A model generated the notes under the pieces. It was not told where the DNA came from. It searched no databases and saw only the letters and a program-made list of their open reading frames with translations. A stretch of 64,000 nucleotides of DNA from a virus (lineage: Duplodnaviria > Heunggongvirae > Uroviricota > Caudoviricetes), in the IMG/VR virus record IMGVR_UViG_2541047117_000001, positions 88,841 to 152,840 of that record. One strand, 5' to 3'. Within the stretch, counting starts at the first letter, position 1; the number at the start of each line of letters is the position of its first letter. Both the position numbers and the translations under genes were made by a program. Positions 9,281 to 18,985 of the stretch are shown piece by piece.

Positions 9281-9781
9281 TTATAATTTGCATGTACTTT
9301 TTAACCCAAATGGAGACTCTGTATATCTCCGCAGAGGCAGGTACTTTGAACCGAATTTTACACGTCTGTTCTTAGGGAAATAAAAGCTTGATTCCCATAA
9401 GAATTGATATTGTCCCCACGGTTGGGCGTATTTCACTTTTAATTGATGATAGTATCTGCAACGCATAGCATGAGAATAAGCTGTACGCTCTAGTACAATA
9501 GTCTGACGCTCTTCATCATTCATAGAGAATACATAGCCACGTTTTTGTACTTCTTTAATGAGTGATACAATTTTATCTCTATCAGTAGATACATGATACT
9601 CTGTAAGACCATAGTGTCTAACATATTCCTCTGACAGAGGCTTACACAACTTGTGTAAAGCTGATTTTTCATCTTCAAATTGATTCTTAGTGGCATGTCT
9701 AACTTGAAAGCCACCATTCTCATCATGGTATTTCCAAAACCCGTCGGTTTTGTCATAACGTGATTCTAACATCTTAAACAT
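9281..9781 (-). CDS. Hypothetical protein
   Basis: ORF track. Confidence 0.7.
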   Translation of the reverse strand: MFKMLESRYDKTDGFWKYHDENGGFQVRHATKNQFEDEKSALHKLCKPLSEEYVRHYGLTEYHVSTDRDKIVSLIKEVQKRGYVFSMNDEERQTIVLERTAYSHAMRCRYYHQLKVKYAQPWGQYQFLWESSFYFPKNRRVKFGSKYLPLRRYTESPFGLKSTCKL

Positions 9782-9801
9782 CTCCCATATCCCTTTATAT
9801 C

Positions 9802-10005
9802 TTAGCTGTACTTTCTCAGAAGCTCCGCATTGCGATTTCTGATTGCTTCTTTATGCTCTTTCGATTTCCTCTCCCAGTCAAAGTCACTTCTCTTTGGAGC
9901 TTGAGGAATCCCTTTCGAGTAGCATGGTAAGCAGAATTTGAGGTTGCCAATCTCTGCAAAAGCGATTGTATCGAGATTTCTTTCACATTCACAACATTTA
10001 AACAT
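9802..10005 (-). CDS. Small Zn-finger protein
   Basis: CCEC...CLPC. Confidence 0.7.
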   Translation of the reverse strand: MFKCCECERNLDTIAFAEIGNLKFCLPCYSKGIPQAPKRSDFDWERKSKEHKEAIRNRNAELLRKYS

Positions 10006-10019
10006 CTTATATCTCCTTC

Positions 10020-10280
10020 TTACTTACTATCTTTACTGTTAATGTCTTTCAACGTGACGTTTAATTCAAGTCCAAGTACATCTAGAACTTTAATTAGAGT
10101 GTCAATGTTGTAGTTCTTTCCGCCTGTGATTCGAGTTAATTGAGGGAAGCTGAAATTTTCAATTAGCTCTGCAACACCTCTTACAGTTAGATTACGGTTT
10201 TTCATTTGCTGTTTAATAATTTTTGCAAATTGCTCTTTTTGCTCTGCAATCATTTGCTCTTGATTTGTTTGATTTTCCAT
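10020..10280 (-). CDS. XRE/Cro-C1 family HTH transcriptional regulator
   Basis: RNLTVRGVAELIENFSFPQLTRITGGKNYNIDTLIKVLDVLGLEL fits HTH_3. Confidence 0.8.
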   Translation of the reverse strand: MENQTNQEQMIAEQKEQFAKIIKQQMKNRNLTVRGVAELIENFSFPQLTRITGGKNYNIDTLIKVLDVLGLELNVTLKDINSKDSK

Positions 10281-10378
10281 AATGTCAACTCCTCATATTG
10301 TTACTATTAATGATAACATAGAAAGTTAGGAAAAGCAACATGTAGAATGTTGCTTTTTATTATTTTTTACAGTTGTAA

Positions 10379-10621
10379 TTAAACTTCCAATTTGATTGGT
10401 GCAGGTCGTACTTCATCTAAACGGTAATGAGTTTCGCCTTCTAATTCCTCAATGTTCACAACGGTAAACAACGCACCATCAAATAAGAATTGATTACCTG
10501 ATTCAATAACCATCGCATCAATATTCTTGATGTCACCGATAAGCTCTTTTTGGTAGCCGTATAACTCCCAACGACGTCCATATAATGCATCCCCTGTTAC
10601 TTTAACCTCTTTAATATACAT
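10379..10621 (-). CDS. Hypothetical protein
   Basis: ORF track. Confidence 0.7.
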   Translation of the reverse strand: MYIKEVKVTGDALYGRRWELYGYQKELIGDIKNIDAMVIESGNQFLFDGALFTVVNIEELEGETHYRLDEVRPAPIKLEV

Positions 10622-10666
10622 AGCCGTATCCCCTTATTCATTATTTTTCTTTTTTGTATTGTTATC

Positions 10667-11011
10667 TTATACTATACCTACCAATGATTGCAAGTAATCT
10701 GCTGATTCCTCAATTCGCTTTGCTGTTAGGAACTCCTCACCCTTGTAGAATGAAACCCATCCTCGTGAATGTGGCTTTACAGTGTAACCATGATACGTAA
10801 GCGCACCATCAAACATAAAGCTACTCTTGATATCGTCTAAGCTTAATACACCATTGAACACTTCTGCTTTGATTTCACTAAAATCATGTTCGGGATACCA
10901 TGAGATAAGACGTGTAATAGCATCTGTTGGACGTTCTGTATTAATGAATTTCACACCTTCATATGTAGTTCTGTGTTTCGTTGCTGTATATGTAACTCTA
11001 TATTCTGTCAT
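10667..11011 (-). CDS. Hypothetical protein
   Basis: ORF track, RBS GGAGGA. Confidence 0.75.
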   Translation of the reverse strand: MTEYRVTYTATKHRTTYEGVKFINTERPTDAITRLISWYPEHDFSEIKAEVFNGVLSLDDIKSSFMFDGALTYHGYTVKPHSRGWVSFYKGEEFLTAKRIEESADYLQSLVGIV

Positions 11012-11045
11012 TGCTTTATCCTCCTGTTTGTTAGTAGAGCGAAGC

Positions 11046-11819
11046 CTAGAGGGGCTTTCCGCCCTTCTCTAGTTTCATTAGCATTTCTGAGCAAAAGTGT
11101 ACCAACTTCCAATCCTCTGCTTCTGTGGACTCCTTCAACAGCTTTACAATGGATTCCTTTTTCTCAAGTGTTGTTTGCTCTTGTTTCTTTGTTGCGTATG
11201 TAACTAATCTATTCTTATCAGTTAGAATACTATAATTCTCTCTGATTTGCTCGAAATACTCTTGGTAATTATCTAAGATATCCTTCTCCATCTCAGCTTT
11301 CTTTTGAGCTAGTCTTGGATGGACATTTTTACCGAAGTATGAACACTTCTCTCTAACACTTTCAATGAACTTACCGTGACTCTTCCATAGTTCATATACA
11401 TGGTGTTCAAAAGAGTTGTCTTTTTTCTTTCCTGCGTCATAGTGTTTACCGAAATCGTCATCCTTGAACATTGTATCTGAATACACTTGGTAGCTTGTTA
11501 TCTCTTTAATGAATAATTGGATTTTCTGTCTCTTCTGTGTTTCTTCAAAGTAGCGCTGTAGCTTCCCTTCTGCGATTGCCTCTTCGACTTTCGCTAGAAG
11601 TTTTTTCGTAATTTTTGGCATCTGATATTTTCTACCTTCACATTTGAAACAAGTAGAACCGTGCATTGGATTGTATGAATAGTTGCCAGTACCGCCACAT
11701 CGTGTACAGCAGTCAGCACATTCAATACCGACCAATCTTGTAAATATTAGTGCGTCCACTTTTGGATGGTCTTCTGAGATTTGTAATGAATCAATCAATT
11801 TCACTCTTAGAGTAGCCAT
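11046..11819 (-). CDS. Protein with DnaJ-type CxxCxGxG zinc finger
   Basis: CTRCGGTG...CFKCEG. Confidence 0.7.
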   Translation of the reverse strand: MATLRVKLIDSLQISEDHPKVDALIFTRLVGIECADCCTRCGGTGNYSYNPMHGSTCFKCEGRKYQMPKITKKLLAKVEEAIAEGKLQRYFEETQKRQKIQLFIKEITSYQVYSDTMFKDDDFGKHYDAGKKKDNSFEHHVYELWKSHGKFIESVREKCSYFGKNVHPRLAQKKAEMEKDILDNYQEYFEQIRENYSILTDKNRLVTYATKKQEQTTLEKKESIVKLLKESTEAEDWKLVHFCSEMLMKLEKGGKPL

Positions 11820-11993
11820 TTTTATAACATCTCCTATAACTTTATTTTATGTTACATTACATGACTATATATTATATAACATTATATAATATTATATAAT
11901 ATAACCGCTAATAACGTAACATCACATAACTTACTCTTATAATATAATACATTATAAGTACACTGTCAATGGACTTTTTAAAACTTTTTCAAT

Positions 11994-12016
11994 AAAAAAG
12001 AAGAGCCGAAGCTCTT
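11994..12016 (-). terminator. Intrinsic terminator
   Basis: AAGAGC-CGAA-GCTCTT with an A-run on its left. Confidence 0.6.
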
Positions 12017-12023
12017 CGATGGT

Positions 12024-12497
12024 TTAAAATTCAGTCTCTACGTATGTATCGTTGAGGAATAAGAACTTTTCTAAGAATTGGATTTCTCCACGTCTCTTGA
12101 GAGATTTGCTTAAAAAGTAATGTTTTTCACCTTTATTGAGATAGTATCCGAATACGACGTCACTATCTACATATTTGACAGTAATTTCATACTGCACTCC
12201 ACCTACAACAAATTCTTCGTCCTGAGTGTGCTTAATTATTAAATCGTCACTACCTGTGTCCAACTCGCCTACTAAGCATCGGAAAATCAAGTCAGCAAAT
12301 TCATCTGTTTCGAAGTAGTTAATCAATTTTGTTGGAGAAATCCCCATCATCTCTAATTCATAGTCAGTTCCATCTACTACAGGTGTTGTCTTACCCATAG
12401 CAGGAATTAACGACTGAAGATATTTGAAATCTCTATCAGAAATGTGTCGGAAATCTTTTGTTCGTGTATCGTTGAATGATTGAGTCTCTTTTAACAT
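12024..12497 (-). CDS. Hypothetical protein
   Basis: ORF track. Confidence 0.75.
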   Translation of the reverse strand: MLKETQSFNDTRTKDFRHISDRDFKYLQSLIPAMGKTTPVVDGTDYELEMMGISPTKLINYFETDEFADLIFRCLVGELDTGSDDLIIKHTQDEEFVVGGVQYEITVKYVDSDVVFGYYLNKGEKHYFLSKSLKRRGEIQFLEKFLFLNDTYVETEF

Positions 12498-12527
12498 AAG
12501 TTGTTCATCTCCTATTTCAAATTGCTA

Positions 12528-12890
12528 TTAGTCTACGATGATTGCCATTAGTTCTTCACCTGTTGGTGTGACTGCTGACATTGTTCTTTTCTTTAAGTCT
12601 TCAATCTGCTCATCGGTTAAAGATACGGTATTTCCTTCATCATCATGTGATGCGAAGAATACGTTACCGTGAACGACATCATATGGACGACCTTTAGTAA
12701 CTAGAACGATAGTTTCCTTTAACTCGTCATCTAGCTTTCCTTCTTCGTTAATCCATAAATCAATCTCAGTTCCGATTGCAACACGTTCTATGTAGCCACC
12801 GACGACTTCCTTTGAAGCCTCTAGAGTATCTTCGATTTCTGTGATTCTTGGCTTCTCGCCCATATTAACTTTTACGACACGTATTTTCAT
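12528..12890 (-). CDS. DUF3846-family protein
   Basis: KPRITEIEDTLEASKEVVGGYIE...WINEEGK...HGNVFF...SLTDEQI. Confidence 0.75.
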   Translation of the reverse strand: MKIRVVKVNMGEKPRITEIEDTLEASKEVVGGYIERVAIGTEIDLWINEEGKLDDELKETIVLVTKGRPYDVVHGNVFFASHDDEGNTVSLTDEQIEDLKKRTMSAVTPTGEELMAIIVD

Positions 12891-12913
12891 TTTTAAACAT
12901 CTCCTATTATGTT

Positions 12914-13276
12914 TTATTGGTCTAAATGGATTGCGAATAACGTTTCGCCTGTGCGTGTTATCACGGGTGTTATTCTGTTCTGTACTTCTGTGATTTGTTT
13001 GTCAGTCAAAGAGTGGATGTCTTTTTCTTTGCTGTATGATGCGAAAAATGCATTACCGCCGATTACTTCCCATTCTTGGTCTTTATACGCTAAGATAAAG
13101 TTATCTTCAAAATCATCTTCTTCATCTTTTTCGTTCTTGTACCATAGATGAATATCGTCCATGACAATAGCACCTTCTATACTTCCATTAATAACCTCTG
13201 AGCTGTCTTCGATTTCTGCGACTACTGGTCGTTCGTTCTCGATGAGTTTGATGATGCGAGTTTTCATCTTTAACAT
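12914..13276 (-). CDS. DUF3846-family paralog (diverged)
   Basis: Collinear with its neighbour: RPVVAEIEDS...GGNAFFAS...SLTDKQI. Confidence 0.7.
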   Translation of the reverse strand: MLKMKTRIIKLIENERPVVAEIEDSSEVINGSIEGAIVMDDIHLWYKNEKDEEDDFEDNFILAYKDQEWEVIGGNAFFASYSKEKDIHSLTDKQITEVQNRITPVITRTGETLFAIHLDQ

Positions 13277-13447
13277 CCCCTAATTCATTATTGTATATTA
13301 TGTTATATACGATTATATAATGATATATAACATCTAATAACATACTATAACATTATCAATCCACTGTCAATGTACTACACTGACATAATATCTTTAAATA
13401 TTATTTTGGAATCCTTTATAGAAATAGTATTCAAAGATACTATGCGA

Positions 13448-14161
13448 CTACAATTTATAAGTAGCTGATTCAATCTCTGCTTCTTTAACGCCTTTTGCTT
13501 TGACAACGGTTGGTTCAATCCAAACACGATTGCCGTTCTTGAGGTATCTAAAGTGACCTCGACGAGTCCAAGCATCTGTATGACGCTCGTAAGGGCGTTT
13601 TTCTAATACTTCACGATTAGCTGTGAGTTTATATGTTGTTCGTCCGATAGTTCTTATAGACCTTTTAATAGGTGTTGCTTTAGGTTTAACTTCTAATAGA
13701 TTAGATGGTTGGTATTGGGGTCTTATCTCACGAACAATTCTCTTCTCTTCTATGAAGTTAGCCATAAAGTACATGATTTGCATGAACATCTTAGCTGTAA
13801 AGCTCATCATACGATTGTTCCTAAAATCCGCCTGAGCTTGTAATGATGGACTCTTCATTTTAAATGAGTCTTTAATTTTATACTTCAATTCACCATTGGT
13901 GTTTCGAATTTCAAATTCTAATAGCTTGTCTTCTTTACTATCATATATTTCAATGTTGATATAGTTCTTATGTAATTCGAACACATTAAACGAAGTTGCG
14001 TCCAACCCGTTAAATTGTGCGTTCATTTGTAGGATGCCTTTCTCTAGTGGGAAAGCTCCATTCTCTGTTTCATAATTGTTATGAACCCAATTTGAGATTC
14101 TTTCAAAATCTTTTTCTTCTACTACTATACGGTCATACTTGTCGTATTTCTTCGTTAACAT
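13448..14161 (-). CDS. Conserved phage protein with C-terminal RRGHFR...VWI motif
   Basis: ORF track, start motif present. Confidence 0.75.
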   Translation of the reverse strand: MLTKKYDKYDRIVVEEKDFERISNWVHNNYETENGAFPLEKGILQMNAQFNGLDATSFNVFELHKNYINIEIYDSKEDKLLEFEIRNTNGELKYKIKDSFKMKSPSLQAQADFRNNRMMSFTAKMFMQIMYFMANFIEEKRIVREIRPQYQPSNLLEVKPKATPIKRSIRTIGRTTYKLTANREVLEKRPYERHTDAWTRRGHFRYLKNGNRVWIEPTVVKAKGVKEAEIESATYKL

Positions 14162-14187
14162 TTTTAAACACCTCTAAATATTATTAT

Positions 14188-14634
14188 TTATGATTTAAGC
14201 AATACTTTATGTTTAGTATATTCGCTTGGGAAATGCCTTTTAATAGCTTCGACACTATCACGGATATCTAGCGCTATTAATTTTGAAGCCTGTGCTTGGT
14301 GATAAGAAAAAGGTATACGTTTGTAGTCAACACCTCTAAATCTTTCGTTTTCAGAGATAGAAACATCTATTTCGTTATTTAAAAATGCGATATAGCTTTG
14401 CACTGTTTTCAAAGGTATATTAAAGTTTTCTATTGCGGATACGTATAATTCTCTAAGCTCCTGAGTAAGTAGGTTTCCATCTGTATCAACGTTTCTTTCT
14501 AAACACTGCTTATGAGTGTCTATATCATTCTTATATTGCTCTTCTAGTTGAGTGAAGTCTTTTCCTGTAACAATCATCATCATTTCACAGTCAAACAAAA
14601 GACTAGAATCAATGGTTTTCATATTAGTTTCCAA
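14188..14634 (-). CDS. Hypothetical protein
   Basis: ORF track, TTG start after GAGGA. Confidence 0.7.
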   Translation of the reverse strand: METNMKTIDSSLLFDCEMMMIVTGKDFTQLEEQYKNDIDTHKQCLERNVDTDGNLLTQELRELYVSAIENFNIPLKTVQSYIAFLNNEIDVSISENERFRGVDYKRIPFSYHQAQASKLIALDIRDSVEAIKRHFPSEYTKHKVLLKS

Positions 14635-14651
14635 TGTAGTTTCCTCTTTTC

Positions 14652-14960
14652 TTATGATGCTAATGTAAAGTTGGATTCTCTCAAACGTCTAAGAGCTTTA
14701 TAGAATCCGATTCCGTGTTGTTTTGCAAATTTTTTAGCGTATTTGGTAAATTTTTGTGTATATTCACATGATACCACAACCATTTTCCCATTTTCATGTT
14801 CTGCAACCACAACAACAAAATCTTTATATGTATATTCGAATGTCCAACGTTTGTTTGCCTTTTCTCGATTTCCATATAATACAGCGCAAACAATTTCTCC
14901 TCTTGTAATATGACGCTCTGTGATACGTTCCTGTGCGTGACGTGAAAATTCTAATTTCAT
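14652..14960 (-). CDS. DUF4258-family (BrnT/RelE-like RNase fold) protein
   Basis: FSRHAQERITERHITRGEIVCAVLYG...VVVSC. Confidence 0.7.
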   Translation of the reverse strand: MKLEFSRHAQERITERHITRGEIVCAVLYGNREKANKRWTFEYTYKDFVVVVAEHENGKMVVVSCEYTQKFTKYAKKFAKQHGIGFYKALRRLRESNFTLAS

Positions 14961-15114
14961 TTTTAAACATCCCCTTAATCCCTAAAATCATTTTTCATTT
15001 CCGTTTTGAGATTTGCCTAGTTAAAGACAAGTAATAAATTAATTATGCTTTCGGGTTTCTTGTTGTTTATCAGCTCCCGTTTGTTGATTACATGGATTAG
15101 TATACATTTCTAAT

Positions 15115-15133
15115 TATCCACTGTCAATGGATA
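15115..15133 (-). promoter_or_regulatory. -35-overlapping palindrome TATCCA-CTGTCAA-TGGATA; leftmost promoter at the divergence point
   Basis: One of 10 clear copies of this 19-bp element (see findings). Confidence 0.75.
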
Positions 15134-15296
15134 TATTATAATATTTTATATTACATTATATAATATTATATAATTCATTTTTGGTTTATGGATTCCAACG
15201 GAGTCCTATTATAGAAGAAACTAGATTCATAGAGCTAAAAGGTATGTAAAAGTATAGAGAATGATTTTCTTTTCGGGATTCTAAAATTGATTTTCT

Positions 15297-15338
15297 TTCT
15301 CGATTTCTTTTGTGATTTCTCGATTTCTTTTGTGATTT
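15297..15338. repeat. Tandem 20-nt repeat within a GATTT-rich tract
   Basis: CGATTTCTTTTGTGATTTCT repeated twice. Confidence 0.85.
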
Positions 15339-16173
15339 GTGGATTGTATAAAACGAAAATTATTTACAAGATGTGTTTTGATTCATGGATTTGCCGTGAA
15401 GAAGTGGGGGACAGGTCTAAAAATCATTTGAGTTTTGCTATTATTCTTGGAGACTCATTTTTGAATTTGGTTTTTGATTTCGGTTTCGGAAACTGATTTC
15501 GAAATTTCTTTTTGATTTCGCAATCTGAATTTGATTTCTGAGTTCAGAATCCGTTGCGAACTAATGGATTTTGATTTGCGGTTTCCATGCTATGTTGAGG
15601 TAAAATCACTCTTTTATACAATCATAGTGACTCCATACAGCTCGATAGGACATGACAGAATACGTCAACGACACGTCGCAAAACATCAACGTTTAGGGAG
15701 GCTTAGGGAGGCTTGTAAATGCTTCGCAACTAAGTGATTTTTACCTCAGCGATTCCATGTGTCTTCGCACCTGCACCGCAAACACACGCATATTTGATTC
15801 TCTCTATATTAATCTATTGATTTGATTTACATTCTAAGCGCTCTATATATAGTTATATACCATTCCATAGCTGATTCGCATGTCCTTGCATACGATATGC
15901 GCCATGCCTAGCCAAGACACTACACAAACGTCTATACATCACCATGTGTGTAACGTACACATGCGTCATTATGCATCACTTCGCATATGTATATTTCTAT
16001 TATTCTTTCTGTTTCTTCTATCAATCTACTTTACAATATTATATATCTTATAAAGTAGTATACTCTTATATAAAATAACCTTATAATATATTACATTATA
16101 TAATGCTATGTCTTATTATGTAATATATACATAGCTACTATAATGATATGTTATGTATGTGCCTATTATATAT

Positions 16174-16446
16174 TATATTGGTGGCAATATTTGAGCGCCT
16201 ATTACTTAATGTGATTTCATTTTAAACTGTAAAAATGGATGCCTAATGCACACTAAAAATATAGGTGTGTAACTCCTATAATAGATGCACAATACATAGT
16301 GTGCGCTAGCGTTAGTGCATATATGTGCCTGCGCCTATACTTGTGTGCATTGTGGTGCATATATTGGTGGGAATATATGAGTGTCTATTACTTAATGCGT
16401 TTTCATTGTAAATCATAGAAATGGATACGAACCGAGCGCCAAAAAT
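16174..16446. repeat. Imperfect direct repeat of about 87 bp, copies 16174-16260 and 16360-16446
   Basis: Both copies read TATATTGGTGG.AATAT.TGAG.G.CTATTACTTAATG....TTCATT.TAAA....AAATGGAT...AAAAAT. Confidence 0.85.
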
Positions 16447-16750
16447 GAACGAGCCGTACAGCCTGCCTATGTCGTCGCTTTGTCTATCATTCTTCCTGTT
16501 GTCTCCGTTCCGATTTTGTTTACTGGTTTTTTGTTATATTCATAGTCAGATAATTATAAATAGTTAGTACGCTGTTGGTCAAAATGCTCTTTAAATAGTA
16601 GTTTCGAGTTTCTTCTATATATATGCGTGATTGAAAACCGCAAACTAAAAATAATTTATGAAATCCATTGACAGTGGTTTCTTTTTCCTGTAGTATTAGG
16701 GACGTAGTAAACAAACGGAAAACAAGTGAAACAAATAATGAAATTAGTTG

Positions 16751-16783
16751 TTGACATATTGTTTTGTTATCATTTATAATAAC
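16751..16783 (+). promoter_or_regulatory. sigmaA promoter with 18-bp operator over -10
   Basis: TTGACA-18-TATAAT; GTTATCATTTATAATAAC at 16766-16783. Confidence 0.85.
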
Positions 16784-16812
16784 AACAGACACAACAAAGG
16801 AGATGTTTATAA

Positions 16813-17250
16813 ATGAAATTAGAAATTAAAGTAGTAGACGGTTTAGAAGTATGTGAAGAAAAGGTAGTATCATTATTGGAAGAACAAGATGTAAATGAAT
16901 CAAATGAAATTTTAGTAGTTGACGAAGAACAACGTTCTGCAATGGTCAAAGAAGAAATTTTACAATCTGTATGGGCTTTCAATCCTACTTTTGTTACTGA
17001 AAATTTAAAAGATGAAATTTGTGATGAGTTATCCTCATATGAATTGGAGCAATTAAGGGATAGTATTAAGGATATGCAAGAAAAAATGTGTGAAGGTTGT
17101 AACGTTGTAATTAAAAGTATGATTGATATTGACACATTTATAGAAAATGCAATTCATAGTGATGGACATGGGCATTTTCTCAACAAGGAAAACGGGGAAG
17201 AATACCAATTAGACTATAACGGAGAAATCTTATTCGCTTATTACAAATAA
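16813..17250 (+). CDS. Acidic hypothetical protein (early cassette)
   Basis: ORF track, RBS GGAG. Confidence 0.8.
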   Translation: MKLEIKVVDGLEVCEEKVVSLLEEQDVNESNEILVVDEEQRSAMVKEEILQSVWAFNPTFVTENLKDEICDELSSYELEQLRDSIKDMQEKMCEGCNVVIKSMIDIDTFIENAIHSDGHGHFLNKENGEEYQLDYNGEILFAYYK

Positions 17251-17254
17251 TGTA

Positions 17255-17287
17255 TTGACATATCAATTTGTTATCATTTATGATAAC
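17255..17287 (+). promoter_or_regulatory. sigmaA promoter with 18-bp operator
   Basis: TTGACA-18-TATGAT; GTTATCATTTATGATAAC at 17270-17287. Confidence 0.85.
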
Positions 17288-17317
17288 GAAAAACACAACA
17301 AAAGGAGATGTTTGAAA

Positions 17318-17599
17318 ATGTTAACTAAAATTACAAAATCACAAGTGAAATCTATCATTAAAAAGGAAGGTGCTTTCAAAGGCTTCCTATGTCCTTCTAA
17401 AAGCTTCCCAAACGTGGGACATCCTTTCAATGTGGCAATGCCTGTAGAATGGACACAAGACGACTTGAAACCCGTTGACGTGTTAGGGAACGAAAAGGAA
17501 GGCGAACCAACTAACATGGAGCGGAAAATAAATGAATTTTCTTATTATAATTGCTCTGCTGAGGTTGGAAAAAGTGTTCATTACTACATTGAAAAATAA
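17318..17599 (+). CDS. Hypothetical protein (early cassette)
   Basis: Start moved to MLTKIT after GGAGATGTTTGAAAATG. Confidence 0.8.
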   Translation: MLTKITKSQVKSIIKKEGAFKGFLCPSKSFPNVGHPFNVAMPVEWTQDDLKPVDVLGNEKEGEPTNMERKINEFSYYNCSAEVGKSVHYYIEK

Positions 17600-17703
17600 A
17601 TGAACAAATTTCATATAATCCATTGACAGTGGATTTGTTATTTGATAGAATTTTAAATGTAGTTGAGGGAAGTGCACCTTTTCTCAACTACAAAAAATAA
17701 GTA

Positions 17704-17736
17704 TTGACATAACTATTAGTTATCATTTATGATAAC
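17704..17736 (+). promoter_or_regulatory. sigmaA promoter with 18-bp operator
   Basis: TTGACA...GTTATCATTTATGATAAC (17719-17736). Confidence 0.85.
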
Positions 17737-17765
17737 TATAGGCACAACAGAGGAGATGTTTAAAA

Positions 17766-18053
17766 GTGGAACGTCAAATGGATTTAAGAGAAGTAAAGAA
17801 AAAGATTAATGAATCAAGAGTGAGTAAATTACAAGTCGAACTTTTCAATTGGAATGGAGACGAAGACGAAAGCGGTTTTGATTTGATGGTAAACCTTTTG
17901 GACAGTGATGGGGATTTAATTAAAGATATGGTTGTAATTGAATACAAGCAAGAGGAAGAAAAACAGGCACAAGCCGAAGCGAAAAAGATTCATAAAAAAT
18001 TATCCGAACATTATACTTGGATGGAAGTAAAATACACGGAGACACACGAATAG
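17766..18053 (+). CDS. Hypothetical protein
   Basis: GTG start after GAGGAGATGTTTAAAA. Confidence 0.8.
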   Translation: MERQMDLREVKKKINESRVSKLQVELFNWNGDEDESGFDLMVNLLDSDGDLIKDMVVIEYKQEEEKQAQAEAKKIHKKLSEHYTWMEVKYTETHE

Positions 18054-18066
18054 GAGGAAACCGAAA

Positions 18067-18393
18067 ATGATACAATTAAGAACTCAAGTGCATGTAATTA
18101 ACGACGAAAAATTTATTTACAAAATTTCACAGTTTCGTGAACTACAAAGTAGTGAACTAGGTTTTACATATGATTTGGATTTGGTGGCGGGATATGATTA
18201 TATAAATCCTGATGAAAACGACATACAAGGCTTTGTGAGCGCTGAGAACTTCACAGACGAGGTTCAAGGTGATATATTAACCGTTTACCCTCTGTCGGAG
18301 TCTTTAGGCGAGAGATTAGAAGAGTTAGGCTACAAAGTGATAGATATTACAAAGTACAAAATTCATAAATCAACTGTCGAAACTGGGGAATAA
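18067..18393 (+). CDS. Hypothetical protein
   Basis: RBS AGGAGG; its stop codon lies in the stem III loop of hammerhead 1. Confidence 0.8.
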   Translation: MIQLRTQVHVINDEKFIYKISQFRELQSSELGFTYDLDLVAGYDYINPDENDIQGFVSAENFTDEVQGDILTVYPLSESLGERLEELGYKVIDITKYKIHKSTVETGE

Positions 18394-18441
18394 TTCCCAG
18401 TCTGTGAAATAGTGGCTCTATTCATACTGATGAGACAAGCC
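18375..18441 (+). ncRNA. Type II hammerhead ribozyme 1
   Basis: TGTC-GAAA-stem III-GTC cleavage triplet-stem I (loop TGGCT)-CTGATGA-GACA; loop GGCT pairs with downstream AGCC. Confidence 0.9.
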
Positions 18442-18478
18442 GAAAAGAAAGTGATTTCACAAATGTAAAAAATAATGA

Positions 18479-18511
18479 TTGACATCTGCAATTGTTATCA
18501 TTTATAATAAC
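18479..18511 (+). promoter_or_regulatory. sigmaA promoter with 18-bp operator
   Basis: TTGACA-18-TATAAT; operator at 18494-18511. Confidence 0.85.
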
Positions 18512-18534
18512 TGTAGATTCAAAAAAATAAAAAG

Positions 18535-18891
18535 GTGGAAATTAAAATGAATTTAAACGAATTTAACAAAGTCGATTCTTTGAGAGTTAAAGAAACTGGG
18601 GAAATCATGAGCCACGAGGAATTTTACACAAATGTTGTAAATGGAATTGGTTTACAGAATTTAATTGGTTTACTACCTGCTACGAAAGAAGAAATTAAAT
18701 TATGTCTTGAAAGAGACGAAAGTTTAAATGGAATTAAATTGAAATACTGGGATGAACGAGCAACAGAATTAAAATTCTATATTGGTAGAATTGGCGTTAA
18801 AAGTATTTCATTGTCACAGGCGGTATGTGTGCTAAAACAAACGGCTCGAATGTATGCAAGAGACTTGGAACAATTGAGTTTTGAAATTTAA
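18535..18891 (+). CDS. Hypothetical protein
   Basis: ORF track; start may be the ATG at 18547. Confidence 0.8.
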   Translation: MEIKMNLNEFNKVDSLRVKETGEIMSHEEFYTNVVNGIGLQNLIGLLPATKEEIKLCLERDESLNGIKLKYWDERATELKFYIGRIGVKSISLSQAVCVLKQTARMYARDLEQLSFEI

Positions 18892-18914
18892 ATAACAGGT
18901 GTAAAAAATAATGA

Positions 18915-18947
18915 TTGACTTTTGAATTAGTTATCATTTATAATAAC
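18915..18947 (+). promoter_or_regulatory. sigmaA promoter with 18-bp operator
   Basis: TTGACT-18-TATAAT; operator at 18930-18947. Confidence 0.85.
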
Positions 18948-18985
18948 ATTAGGTAAAAAAACAACTATTATACAGAAAAGAGGAA

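Noticed and set aside
15287-15737. ORFs 15287..15496 and 15531..15737, also 16520..16792 and 20142..20465
   Set aside because: No RBS, Phe-rich translation of a repeat tract, or antisense to promoter arrays
16174-16446. Direct repeats considered as a CRISPR mini-array
   Set aside because: Only two long (about 87 bp) diverged copies, no constant repeat-spacer period and no cas genes; no CRISPR array was seen anywhere in the window
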